This document shows, piece by piece, positions 47,955-56,966 of a DNA stretch of 64,000 nucleotides; the stretch's first letter is position 1; the number at the start of each line of letters is the position of its first letter. The stretch lies in contig CALGZB010000170.1 in the NCBI GenBank assembly GCA_937934655.1, positions 56,882 through 120,881 of the forward strand, given 5' to 3'. A program made the position numbers and the translations under genes. A model generated the notes under the pieces. It saw nothing but the letters and a program-made list of their open reading frames with translations, searched no databases and had not been told where the DNA came from. The stretch comes from an uncultured Acidimicrobiales bacterium. Lineage in GTDB: Bacteria > Actinomycetota > Acidimicrobiia > Acidimicrobiales > SHLQ01.

Positions 47955-48851
47955 TCAGTCGGAGCCGAGTGCTTCGGCGCCACTGACGATTTCCATAATT
48001 TCGGTAGTGATTGCTTCCTGGCGAACTCGGTTCATCTCACGGCTGAGCTTGACCTTGAGTTCTTCGGCGTTGTCGGTAGCGGCTTTCATTGCCCGCTGCC
48101 GGTTTGCGTGCTCTGACGCTGCTGCTTCAAGCATGGCGCCGAACAAACGAGCTTCGACGTAGCGAGGAAGCAGCGACTCGAGAACGCCACCAGCTGAAGG
48201 TTCAAACTCGAACGCCGCTAGTGCGCTTGAGTCACCTCCGCCTTCGGCAGCAACGGTGTCGGTGCTTTCGAGCGGAAGGAAACGACGGACGGTGACCTTC
48301 TGCGTTCCCATCGAGACGAACTCGGTGTAGACGAGTTCGACTCGGTCGATCTCGCCGTCGGTGAACATCCGCATGACCTCGCCAGCAACCTCACGAGCAT
48401 TCTCGTAGGTTGGCGAGTCGCTCATACCGGTATAGGTAGTTGCGATGTCGTAGCCCTGGAAGGTGAAATAGTCGTTGGTTTTCTTACCGCACAGAATCAG
48501 CGCGTAGTCGGCGCCCTCGGTACGGGCGGCGTTGAGCTGACGCTCGGCGGCGCGAATGACACCTGCGTTGTAAGGACCAGCCAAACCGCGGTCACCGGCA
48601 ATGGCGATGATGCCAACCCGTTTGACCTCTTCGGGCTCACGAAGCAGCGGATGACTCGCTGCTGCACCGCCAGCCGAAAGGTTCTCGATCACTGAAGTGA
48701 TCTGAGTGGCGTAGGGCTTGGCTTCTTTGGCGCGTTGCATTGCCTTCACCACACGGGTGGCAGCAATGAGTTCCATGGCGCGGGTGATCTTCTTCGTGGA
48801 GTTAACGCTCGCAATGCGGCGTCGAAGAACCCGTTCCTTTGCACCGGCCAT
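47955..48851 (-). CDS. atpG: F1 ATP synthase subunit gamma
   Basis: 298 aa. MAGAKERVLRRRIASVNSTKKITRAMELIAATR. Confidence 0.97.
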   Translation of the reverse strand: MAGAKERVLRRRIASVNSTKKITRAMELIAATRVVKAMQRAKEAKPYATQITSVIENLSAGGAAASHPLLREPEEVKRVGIIAIAGDRGLAGPYNAGVIRAAERQLNAARTEGADYALILCGKKTNDYFTFQGYDIATTYTGMSDSPTYENAREVAGEVMRMFTDGEIDRVELVYTEFVSMGTQKVTVRRFLPLESTDTVAAEGGGDSSALAAFEFEPSAGGVLESLLPRYVEARLFGAMLEAAASEHANRQRAMKAATDNAEELKVKLSREMNRVRQEAITTEIMEIVSGAEALGSD

Positions 48852-48854
48852 CGA

Positions 48855-50477
48855 TCAGGCCTCGCCGTCGGCGGAGATGTCTTCTTCAGGAAGCGTGACG
48901 TCGCTGTCAACCATCTGGGAGTTGAGTGCTCCCGGGTCAGAAGCGTCGGGGGCATCCTTGCCGTCGCTGGTCACGAAGCCGTCAGCGTATTCCTTGATTG
49001 CGGCGTCAAATCCTTCTTCGTCAGCGAGCTTGCCGCTCGAAACGATGTCGGAGAGCATGCCGCTGTAGCTACCGTGCATGTGCGCCAACAGGCCCTCTTC
49101 GAAGCGCAGAACGTCTTCGACGGGAAGGTTGTCGAGGTAGCCGTTGGTGCCAGCGTAGAGCGACACGACCTGGTCTTGGACCGACATTGGTGACGAAATG
49201 CCCTGCTTGAGCAGCTCGGTGAGGCGGTAACCCCGGTCGAGCTGAGCTTGCGATACGGCATCGAGGTCCGAACCGAACGCCGCAAAGGCTTCGAGTTCAC
49301 GGAACTGCTGCAGGTCGGACTTCAGCGTACCTACGGCGGTCTTCATGGCTTTGATCTGCGCAGCCGAGCCCACACGAGATACCGAGATACCTACGTCCAC
49401 GGCGGGGCGAACACCCGATTTGAACAGGTCGTCCTGAAGGAAGATCTGGCCATCGGTGATCGAGATCACGTTGGTAGGAATGTACGCCGAAACGTCGCCG
49501 GCTTTGGTCTCGATAATTGGCAGGGCGGTAAGCGAACCGGCGCCAAGCTCGTCGGAGAGCTTTGCCGCACGCTCGAGGAGACGACTATGCAGGTAGAAGA
49601 CGTCGCCAGGGTATGCCTCGCGGCCTGGTGGGCGACGAAGAAGCAGTGACATCTGACGGTAGGCCTCAGCCTGCTTCGACAGATCGTCGTACACGATAAG
49701 AGCGTGCTGGCCGTTCTCCATCCAGTGCTGGCCCATGGCCGAACCGGCGTAGGGAGCGATGTACTTGAACGGTGCAGGCTCAGAAGCAGGAGCGAGCACA
49801 ACAACGGTGTACTCGAGTGCGCCCTTTTCTTCGAGAAGCGCCACGGTCTGGGCGACGGTGGATGCTTTCTGACCAATGGCGACGTAGATGCACTTCACGT
49901 CGAGACCCTTTTGGTTCAAGATCGTGTCGATGCCAATGGTGGTCTTGCCGGTCTTACGGTCACCAATGATCAGCTCTCGCTGGCCACGGCCAACGGGGAT
50001 GAGCGAATCGATGGCCTTGATACCGGTCTGCATGGGCTCAGCCACTGGCTGGCGGCCCATGATGCCTGGGGCCTGGACTTCCATGCGGCGGGTCTCGACG
50101 TTGGACAAAGGCCCTTTGCCGTCGAGTGGTTCGCCAAGAGGACTGAGGACACGACCAAGAACGCCGTCGCCAACCGGAATCGACAAGATGTCGCCGGTAG
50201 CACGAACGCTCTGGCCTTCTTCAATTCCTTCGAGCGACCCGAGCACCACACAACCAATCGAGTCTTCGTCGAGGTTGAGGGCCAGACCGGTTGCACCGTT
50301 CTGGAACTCGAGCATTTCGTTCACCGCAGCGTTGGGAAGGCCCGACACGCGGGCGATACCGTCGCCGACCTGGGTGATTCGGCCGACCTGGGCTTCCTCG
50401 AGTGACGGGTTAAACCCATCGAGGTTGGCCTTTAGTGCTGCGGTGATGTCGTTCGTATCGATCGTGAGATCCGACAT
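48855..50477 (-). CDS. atpA: F1 ATP synthase subunit alpha
   Basis: 540 aa. Walker [10 protein letters not shown]. About 35 aa of acidic C-terminal extension. Confidence 0.98.
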   Translation of the reverse strand: MSDLTIDTNDITAALKANLDGFNPSLEEAQVGRITQVGDGIARVSGLPNAAVNEMLEFQNGATGLALNLDEDSIGCVVLGSLEGIEEGQSVRATGDILSIPVGDGVLGRVLSPLGEPLDGKGPLSNVETRRMEVQAPGIMGRQPVAEPMQTGIKAIDSLIPVGRGQRELIIGDRKTGKTTIGIDTILNQKGLDVKCIYVAIGQKASTVAQTVALLEEKGALEYTVVVLAPASEPAPFKYIAPYAGSAMGQHWMENGQHALIVYDDLSKQAEAYRQMSLLLRRPPGREAYPGDVFYLHSRLLERAAKLSDELGAGSLTALPIIETKAGDVSAYIPTNVISITDGQIFLQDDLFKSGVRPAVDVGISVSRVGSAAQIKAMKTAVGTLKSDLQQFRELEAFAAFGSDLDAVSQAQLDRGYRLTELLKQGISSPMSVQDQVVSLYAGTNGYLDNLPVEDVLRFEEGLLAHMHGSYSGMLSDIVSSGKLADEEGFDAAIKEYADGFVTSDGKDAPDASDPGALNSQMVDSDVTLPEEDISADGEA

Positions 50478-50561
50478 ATCAGTCTCTCTGTTTCTGTTGC
50501 CTGCTGGCAGATTGAGTAGTGAACTCCCCTAGCGAACCAGGGGTAAAGGGTGTGCTGACTG

Positions 50562-51086
50562 CTAGTTGAATGCGTCGCGCATCTTGGTGAGACGGCTTCG
50601 GACGCTGCCATCGATGACGGTGTCGCCGATTTGGGTAACGAGGCCACCAACAACGGTTTTGTCGATGACGACATTGATGTCGACATCTTTCCCGGTTGAT
50701 TTCTTGAGCGCAGCCGTAAGGCGTTGGGTTTGGTCTTCGGTCAGCGGGACTGCTGAACGGACCTCAGCCAGCTCGCGACCACGGCCAACCGAGCCCTGCT
50801 CGGAGACGGCTTTGGAGATCGCTGGGATGTCCTTGGCACGGCCGGCGGCTACAAGCATTGAGATGACGGCGGTAGTTGTCTTGCTCGCACGACCACCGAG
50901 GAGATCCTCGATGACCTGCTGGCGACGCTGCACGGGAATGCTCGAGTCCGACAGTGTGCTCGTGAGATCGTCGTTGCCCTGGAGAGCCTGGGCAAACGAT
51001 GCCAATTGCGACTCAACGCCGGCATCGCCTTCGGCCTTCGCTATCTGCTGCACAGCATCTGCGTAGGTTGCTATGGAGTCACTCAT
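50562..51086 (-). CDS. atpH: F1 ATP synthase subunit delta (OSCP)
   Basis: 174 aa. OSCP-like C-terminus GGLVTQIGDTVIDGSVRSRL. 4-nt overlap with atpF. Confidence 0.92.
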   Translation of the reverse strand: MSDSIATYADAVQQIAKAEGDAGVESQLASFAQALQGNDDLTSTLSDSSIPVQRRQQVIEDLLGGRASKTTTAVISMLVAAGRAKDIPAISKAVSEQGSVGRGRELAEVRSAVPLTEDQTQRLTAALKKSTGKDVDINVVIDKTVVGGLVTQIGDTVIDGSVRSRLTKMRDAFN

Positions 51087-51601
51087 GCGCCGACCTCGGC
51101 AATGTAGTTGTCGATCATCGAAGCAAGTCGAGCGTCGTCGAGGTTGTCGGTGACAACGGCCTCGGCGGCGTCGGCCGCATTGCGGGCGACTTCGGAACGA
51201 ACATCGGAAAGCGCTTGGCCTTTCGATGTCTCGATGTCGGCGAGAGCTTTGACCTTTGATGCCTCAGCATCGGCTTCAGCTTTTGCGATCATCTCGGTCT
51301 TCATGCTTGCGGCACGGGAACGGGCGTCGGAAACAATCGTCGCTGCTTCGGCATCGGCGTCGCCGAGCTTTGCGAGCTGCTCGGAACGTCGTGCGTCGGC
51401 CTCGGCCTTTGCGTTGTCGGCAACAGCGAGTTCGCTACTAATACGCTCGGTGCGAGCGGCCATTGCTGCTTTGAGGGGGCCAAGGCCCTTCCAAAGCATG
51501 ATGGCGAACACGATCAGAAAGGCGATCGCGCTCCAGTAGAACTCGTTGATGTCTCCGGGAATCCACTGCCCGTTTGGGCCTTCAGCTGCCAGAGTCCACA
51601 T
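51083..51601 (-). CDS. atpF: Fo ATP synthase subunit b
   Basis: 172 aa. Single N-terminal TM (FYWSAIAFLIVFAIMLW) followed by a long Ala/Glu-rich helix. Confidence 0.9.
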   Translation of the reverse strand: MWTLAAEGPNGQWIPGDINEFYWSAIAFLIVFAIMLWKGLGPLKAAMAARTERISSELAVADNAKAEADARRSEQLAKLGDADAEAATIVSDARSRAASMKTEMIAKAEADAEASKVKALADIETSKGQALSDVRSEVARNAADAAEAVVTDNLDDARLASMIDNYIAEVGA

Positions 51602-51665
51602 TCGCGGATCCTCTCTGCTTTTCTACGTTTGGTGTTGATGGTTGAAACACGAGTGACTTGCAGCT

Positions 51666-52253
51666 CTAGGAGCCGAGCACCCGATCGATTGTTGATTGTG
51701 CGGCGCTACGATCGACCGGCGAACCCATAACCGCACCTGCGGCCTGTGTTGCCAGATCGCCGACATCTCCTCGCATGTCGCCAAGAGCAGAAGCCCGGGC
51801 GGTTGCAAGTTCGGCGTCAGCGGCGGCACGCATCTCGGCGATTTCAGCATCGGCTGCACCCTGGAGTTCGGCGCGACGTGCGTCGGCTTCTTCTCGGGCA
51901 CCGGCGATGATGCTGTTCGCTTCTTCACGTGCTGCTGAGATCTTGGCGTCGTACTCCGACGTTGCCGATCCCAGGTCAGAGTCAACAGAGTCAGCAGCAT
52001 CTTTCGCTGCACGAATCTTGTCGTCGCGTTCGGCTCGGACGGCCATGAGAGGTGGGAGAAGCACAAACTTCATCAATGCCCAAAGGGCAAAGAAAAACAG
52101 TGCGGCCCAAAAGATCTCGTTTACCTCGGGGATAACCGGGTTAACGATGCCTTCGTCTTCTGCATGGCCTTCTTCAGTGCCGTGATCTTCTTCTTCAGTC
52201 TCTTCGGTGAACGCGTAAGCTATTCCACCGTCGAGGGTGACGTGAATCGTCAC
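51666..52253 (-). CDS. second b-type Fo stalk subunit (b'-like) with an acidic N-terminal extension
   Basis: 195 aa. GTG start with AGGAG 7 nt upstream. NPVIPEVNEIFWAALFFFALWALMKFVLLPPL TM followed by an Ala-rich coiled helix. Confidence 0.85.
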   Translation of the reverse strand: MTIHVTLDGGIAYAFTEETEEEDHGTEEGHAEDEGIVNPVIPEVNEIFWAALFFFALWALMKFVLLPPLMAVRAERDDKIRAAKDAADSVDSDLGSATSEYDAKISAAREEANSIIAGAREEADARRAELQGAADAEIAEMRAAADAELATARASALGDMRGDVGDLATQAAGAVMGSPVDRSAAQSTIDRVLGS

Positions 52254-52272
52254 AATGGTCTCCTAGTGGGAT

Positions 52273-52638
<366 letters not shown>

Positions 52639-52670
52639 TCAGATGAACGAATGGCGACTTGGAAGTAGGA

Positions 52671-53459
52671 CTAGTGCTCTGGGTGCAGAGCGAGGCCGAT
52701 GTAGACAGCGGCCAGAATGGTGAACACGAACGCCTGGATGAGCGACACACCGATTTCGAATGCGGTGAACAGCATGAGGCCAGGGAAGGTGAGGAGTTCG
52801 ACGACGACCGTTGGCTTGAAGCCCCAGACGCCGATGCACAGTACCGAGAACGTCACGAGAAGGATGTGACCGGCAAGCATGTTGGCGAAGAGACGAACAG
52901 CGTGGCTGAACGGGCGAATGAAGAAGGTTGACAGCAACTCGATGGGCGTTACCAGCAGGTAAAGCGCCTTGGGCACACCTGAGGGGAACAGCACCGTCTT
53001 GAAGTAGCCAAGGCCATTGTGCTTTACACCAACGATGATGAAGGCTGCCCAGGCGACGAGCGCAAGGACCAAGGGGCCGGCCATGCGGGCATTCGCCGGC
53101 ATCTGGAAGAACGGGATGACTTCGGTGATGTTCCCGATGAAGATGTACAGGAAGAAGCTGATGAGCAGTGGCAAGTACCGCATGCCTTCGGCGCCCATCG
53201 TGGGCATCACGACCTGCTTTTCCATGAAGTCGATGACGCCCTCAGCGACGTTGCGGGCTCCCGAGGGGACGAGACCCTTCTGGCGTCCGGCGAGGAAGAA
53301 GATCACTGCGGGGATGACGAGGCCAAGAAGGTGGATAACACCAATCTTGTTGAACTCGAGGAGCGAATTGCCCTCGAAGAAAATCGCAGGCCATTCAACA
53401 ATGTTCTCGATCGGCGGGAATGCGAGACCGCCGCCGCCTTCTTCAGCTGCAAAGAGCAT
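52671..53459 (-). CDS. atpB: Fo ATP synthase subunit a
   Basis: 262 aa. Essential Arg context FSHAVRLFANMLAGH. Confidence 0.96.
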   Translation of the reverse strand: MLFAAEEGGGGLAFPPIENIVEWPAIFFEGNSLLEFNKIGVIHLLGLVIPAVIFFLAGRQKGLVPSGARNVAEGVIDFMEKQVVMPTMGAEGMRYLPLLISFFLYIFIGNITEVIPFFQMPANARMAGPLVLALVAWAAFIIVGVKHNGLGYFKTVLFPSGVPKALYLLVTPIELLSTFFIRPFSHAVRLFANMLAGHILLVTFSVLCIGVWGFKPTVVVELLTFPGLMLFTAFEIGVSLIQAFVFTILAAVYIGLALHPEH

Positions 53460-53477
53460 TAATCTGATTTCCTTGAA

Positions 53478-53505
53478 ATTTCAGCGAATAAATGAGGTAC
53501 TGCAA
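53478..53505 (-). promoter_or_regulatory. candidate sigma-70-type promoter in the AT-rich atpI-atpB spacer
   Basis: The minus strand reads TTGCAG-16 nt-TGAAAT, followed by AAGGAAA and the atpB ATG. Pattern match only. Confidence 0.25.
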
Positions 53506-53586
53506 GAACGTTCTGCAAGCTAGCGGGAATCCACTGGAAACGGTAGAACCGGCCAGTATTTTCCCAAGCTTTTTCACGCAGACGTG

Positions 53587-54033
53587 TCAAAATTGTTTGG
53601 GGTGTGGTTTGAGACCCGGATAAGCCAGTGATCCTGAGATGTAGCGCATTTCCCAGAACAGTAGGCCCAAGTGGGCTGCGATGAGGGTGATACCCAGTGG
53701 AACGAGACGAACCCAGCTGAGATCTTTGACCAACATCACGGCCAAGAAGATCAGCGAAAGTCGAATGAGAAAGCCCATGAGGGCGGCTGCGCCCATCATT
53801 GCGAGCGAGATTTGCGCGGCATATCCGAGCATGAATGCGGCGAGAAGGAAGTTCGCAATGACGATTGCGAGGGCATAGGCGACCGTTGCGGCCCCATCGC
53901 TCCCGGCAAACACGGCACCAAGTCCAATAAGGACTGGGGCGATCAGCGCACCCCGACGGGCGAGGTCACGAGCGACCTCCATGGCCGGCTGCGGACCTTC
54001 GAGGCGCTGCGAGAGCGGGTCGACAACGGTCAC
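53587..54033 (-). CDS. atpI: ATP synthase protein I-like membrane protein
   Basis: 148 aa, four hydrophobic segments. It occupies the position immediately upstream of atpB, as in actinobacterial atp operons. Confidence 0.75.
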   Translation of the reverse strand: MTVVDPLSQRLEGPQPAMEVARDLARRGALIAPVLIGLGAVFAGSDGAATVAYALAIVIANFLLAAFMLGYAAQISLAMMGAAALMGFLIRLSLIFLAVMLVKDLSWVRLVPLGITLIAAHLGLLFWEMRYISGSLAYPGLKPHPKQF

Positions 54034-54299
54034 TGAGCGACCTCGGTAGTTCCGGAGCGCTCGGCAAGATGAATATTCATTTGGTACTGGTAGACGAAGT
54101 ACGTCTTGAGGATCACGCCGATAAAGCTCACGACCGTGAACAGAATCGTCAGTACAGGAATCCAGCCGAGCTTGGAGTCAATCCAGAAACCAATGAGACC
54201 GAAGAGCAACGGGGTGAGCGCAAGGTCGTAGCCACCATGACCGCGAGCGATGCCTTCTTGCATGCCCTCGTGCAGCTCTCGCCGTTTGGCTTCGTCCAT
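54030..54299 (-). CDS. AtpZ/AtpI family small membrane protein
   Basis: 89 aa. GYDLALTPLLFGLIGFWIDSKLG plus a second TM. 4-nt overlap with atpI. First gene of the atp transcription unit. Confidence 0.75.
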   Translation of the reverse strand: MDEAKRRELHEGMQEGIARGHGGYDLALTPLLFGLIGFWIDSKLGWIPVLTILFTVVSFIGVILKTYFVYQYQMNIHLAERSGTTEVAQ

Positions 54300-54480
54300 T
54301 GTTCCGCTACTTCAGTTGAACTTGGGGTGGATACGTACTGGCTGCATGCTGGGCTGACTACATGCTTCGGCAAGTGCAAAACCGACACTAGCCACTCCGA
54401 CCCGCCGGGTCGTGCATTCCTTGAGGTTTCCCCTTCAGCCTTTGCAGCCTATGACGAATCAACCTTCGCCATAGAGACTT

Positions 54481-54496
54481 TGTGAAAAATATCTCA
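54481..54496. promoter_or_regulatory. CRP/FNR-family-like box 1
   Basis: TGTGA-AAAATA-TCTCA versus the consensus TGTGA-N6-TCACA (one mismatch). It lies in a locally AT-rich patch of the 420-bp divergent region. Confidence 0.4.
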
Positions 54497-54504
54497 AACT
54501 TCCT

Positions 54505-54520
54505 TGTGAGTAGTTTCACG
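54505..54520. promoter_or_regulatory. CRP/FNR-family-like box 2
   Basis: TGTGA-GTAGTT-TCACG versus TGTGA-N6-TCACA (one mismatch). Its centre is 24 bp from box 1. Confidence 0.4.
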
Positions 54521-54652
54521 TTATTTACCCCGCCTTTACAAACCGGGCGAAGGAAAGCCAGGTATCAACATTGGGAATGTGCGACCCGATTTCAGGAAAG
54601 TGCTCAGGTCTACCCCCACTGCGCGCCGTTACTTACAGGGACAAACCCCACG

Positions 54653-54677
54653 CGTTCGATGGCTCCTCCATCGAACG
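54653..54677. promoter_or_regulatory. perfect 10-bp-arm palindrome upstream of the first glycan-cluster gene
   Basis: CGTTCGATGG-CTCCT-CCATCGAACG, 43 nt upstream of the ATG at 54720. It could be an RNA hairpin or a dimeric operator. Confidence 0.5.
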
Positions 54678-54719
54678 TGTTTCATTCCCCCGTCTTATCC
54701 CCCGTTACAGGAGCTCGAC

Positions 54720-55520
54720 ATGGACCTCTGGCAAGCCGCTCAGATCGGTATCCGCCGCTGGTACATCACCCTTCCCGCTATTGCAGCGGGACTCGCTATC
54801 GCCTTCATGGTATCGAGCGGTGTAGACCCCGAATATCGCGCCAGCGCCAGCTTGTTCTACAAAGCGCCGGCCGTGAAAATTCAGATTATCGACGCCCAGA
54901 CGCAGACCGAGGCACCAGGCGACGCGCTCGCTCCGGCTACCCGTGCTGTCGCTCAGACCTCAGCCGCCCGGCTCGACCGTCAGGCCCGTGAGATCGCCGA
55001 AGCCGATGGCTTCGACTCGGACTTCCTGATCGCCATCCCCGATGGCCAGGTTCCCCACGTCACCATCGATGTGCTGTCCGCCGACCCAGATCTCTCCGTC
55101 GACACGCTCGACTTTGTCGTCCAGTTCGCCAAAGAGGACATCGAGGAACGCCAGGTCAACGGTGACCGTCGACTCCTCAACGACGTCGAAGTTGTCTTCC
55201 AAGACCAAGAAGCCGTGAAAGACCTTTCGAGCCGCTCACGGATGCTCATTGTGCTCTCGCTCGTCACGATGATTATGGCGTTCGCCGCCACCGTTGCGCT
55301 CGACGGCTTCCTGGAAAACCGCAACCGCAAACCATCCGACCCAAGCTCGCCTTCGCCTTCTGGAGCGGCTGACACCGGCAAGACCGCTACCCAGGTAGCG
55401 GCAGCCCACCCGGCCAACGACGCACCTCAGGTACCCGTTGCTGGCCAAACCAAGACGCTTGCCCAGGAACTCGAGGAGCTCGAAGCCCACGCTTCAAGCA
55501 CCCCAGGAAAGACCAACTAG
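54720..55520 (+). CDS. Wzz/PCP-like polysaccharide chain-length determinant candidate (no kinase domain)
   Basis: ORF track gives 54579-55520. The ATG at 54720 is preceded by AGGAG. The topology is TM1 (WYITLPAIAAGLAIAFMV), about 170 aa, then TM2 (MLIVLSLVTMIMAFAATVAL). The call rests on topology and context only. Confidence 0.55.
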   Translation: MDLWQAAQIGIRRWYITLPAIAAGLAIAFMVSSGVDPEYRASASLFYKAPAVKIQIIDAQTQTEAPGDALAPATRAVAQTSAARLDRQAREIAEADGFDSDFLIAIPDGQVPHVTIDVLSADPDLSVDTLDFVVQFAKEDIEERQVNGDRRLLNDVEVVFQDQEAVKDLSSRSRMLIVLSLVTMIMAFAATVALDGFLENRNRKPSDPSSPSPSGAADTGKTATQVAAAHPANDAPQVPVAGQTKTLAQELEELEAHASSTPGKTN

Positions 55521-55523
55521 GTC

Positions 55524-56966
55524 ATGACCTCTGTCCTCGAGGCACCGCTCAACCCGGCGGCCTCACCCGAACCTGCATCGCGGCCGTCGGCCCGCACCAT
55601 TCCTGGAGTCGCCCGATTCCAGGATTGGCATCCCGACGGCACAACGGTGCTTTCGATCGTGGTGGGTTTGACCTTCCTGATCCCGAACCAGCTGACCATT
55701 GCGTCGCTCGGTGGCCTCGGCCGTCCCGAGCTGCTTCTGAGCATTGCGTTGATGGGCTGGTGGGGCGTCACCAAACTCGTTCCATCGCTGACCGTTCGGG
55801 GCAATCAGCCAATTCGTTGGCTGCTCGCTGTCTACTTCTGCAGCTTTGGCGTGAGCTACGTCGCCGGCCATGCCCGTGGTCTTACTCCAGCCGAAGCCTC
55901 CTCAGCTGACCGGTTCTTCATCTTCCTCATCGGGGCCACCGCCATCGCGCTGGTCGTTGCCGACGGAATTCCAACTCGCGCACGACTCGACACATTCTTG
56001 TCGCGGCTCACGTACTTTGGCGCCTACCTCGGCATCACCGGCTCGCTGCAGTTCCTCTTCAACTTCGATATCACCGACAAACTCAACATCCCGTTTCTTT
56101 CGCTCAACAACGAGCTCTACGGCGTCCAGCAACGATCGACCCTCAACCGAGTTTCGGGAACGTCGACACACCCCATCGAGTACGGCGCTGTCCTTGCGAT
56201 GTGTCTCATGGTGGCGATCCATTTCGTCGTTACCACCGACGACCCCAAGCAGAAGCAGAAACGCATGATGGTTGCGGGCCTCATCGCTCTGCCCGGCGCA
56301 TTCTCGGTCTCGCGCACCAACGCTCTATCGGTAGTTATTGGCCTCTCAATCCTCGCCATCGTATGGAGCGCCCGCTACCGCTTCTACGCATTCCTTGCCG
56401 GCTGCGCCGGAGTCGTCGCACTCCAGGTACTCGCCCCCGGACTACTCGCCACGATCCGTGCGCTGTTCCTCTATGCAGGGCAGGACCCCTCGATTTCAGG
56501 TCGCCGCAAAGACTACGACGACGCCTTCACCTTTATCGGCGAACGACCGATTCTGGGCCGCGGCTCGGGAACGTTCATTCCCGAGGAGTACTTCATCCTC
56601 GATAACCAGTGGCTCGGCGAACTCATTACCAAGGGTTATGTCGGCCTCTTCATACTCGGCCTCATGTTTGCTGTCCCCGCCATGATGACCCGCATCATGC
56701 GCACCTCGGTCCGCTCGTACGGCGCGCTGCACCTCACCCAGACGGTGCTCGCAGTTGTGGCCATTGCAGCATTCGCGTCGGCGACATTCGACTCCTTCTA
56801 TTACGTGCAGTTCCGCATGGTCTGGTTTGTCATGATTGGTGTGGCCGGAACGATGTGGCGTCTCCACAAGGCCGGAACGCTCGAGGATCTGACGCACGTC
56901 TCGCCCGAAGAACTGGCTCTCGTCGACAAGAAACTCCACCGCAAAGCAGCGGATATCCCGGCGTGA
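55524..56966 (+). CDS. O-antigen ligase/polymerase family (Wzy-like) polytopic membrane protein
   Basis: 480 aa, at least 10 hydrophobic segments, with a large loop containing LNRVSGTSTHPIEYG typical of Wzy_C/O-antigen ligase proteins. Confidence 0.75.
   Translation: MTSVLEAPLNPAASPEPASRPSARTIPGVARFQDWHPDGTTVLSIVVGLTFLIPNQLTIASLGGLGRPELLLSIALMGWWGVTKLVPSLTVRGNQPIRWLLAVYFCSFGVSYVAGHARGLTPAEASSADRFFIFLIGATAIALVVADGIPTRARLDTFLSRLTYFGAYLGITGSLQFLFNFDITDKLNIPFLSLNNELYGVQQRSTLNRVSGTSTHPIEYGAVLAMCLMVAIHFVVTTDDPKQKQKRMMVAGLIALPGAFSVSRTNALSVVIGLSILAIVWSARYRFYAFLAGCAGVVALQVLAPGLLATIRALFLYAGQDPSISGRRKDYDDAFTFIGERPILGRGSGTFIPEEYFILDNQWLGELITKGYVGLFILGLMFAVPAMMTRIMRTSVRSYGALHLTQTVLAVVAIAAFASATFDSFYYVQFRMVWFVMIGVAGTMWRLHKAGTLEDLTHVSPEELALVDKKLHRKAADIPA

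Noticed and set aside
56609-56962. Extension of the wzx ORF into the wzy-like gene
   Set aside because: The extension peptide is Arg/His/Pro-rich and overlaps a polytopic membrane gene. The GTGA stop-start overlap at 56963 gives a typical flippase N-terminus.
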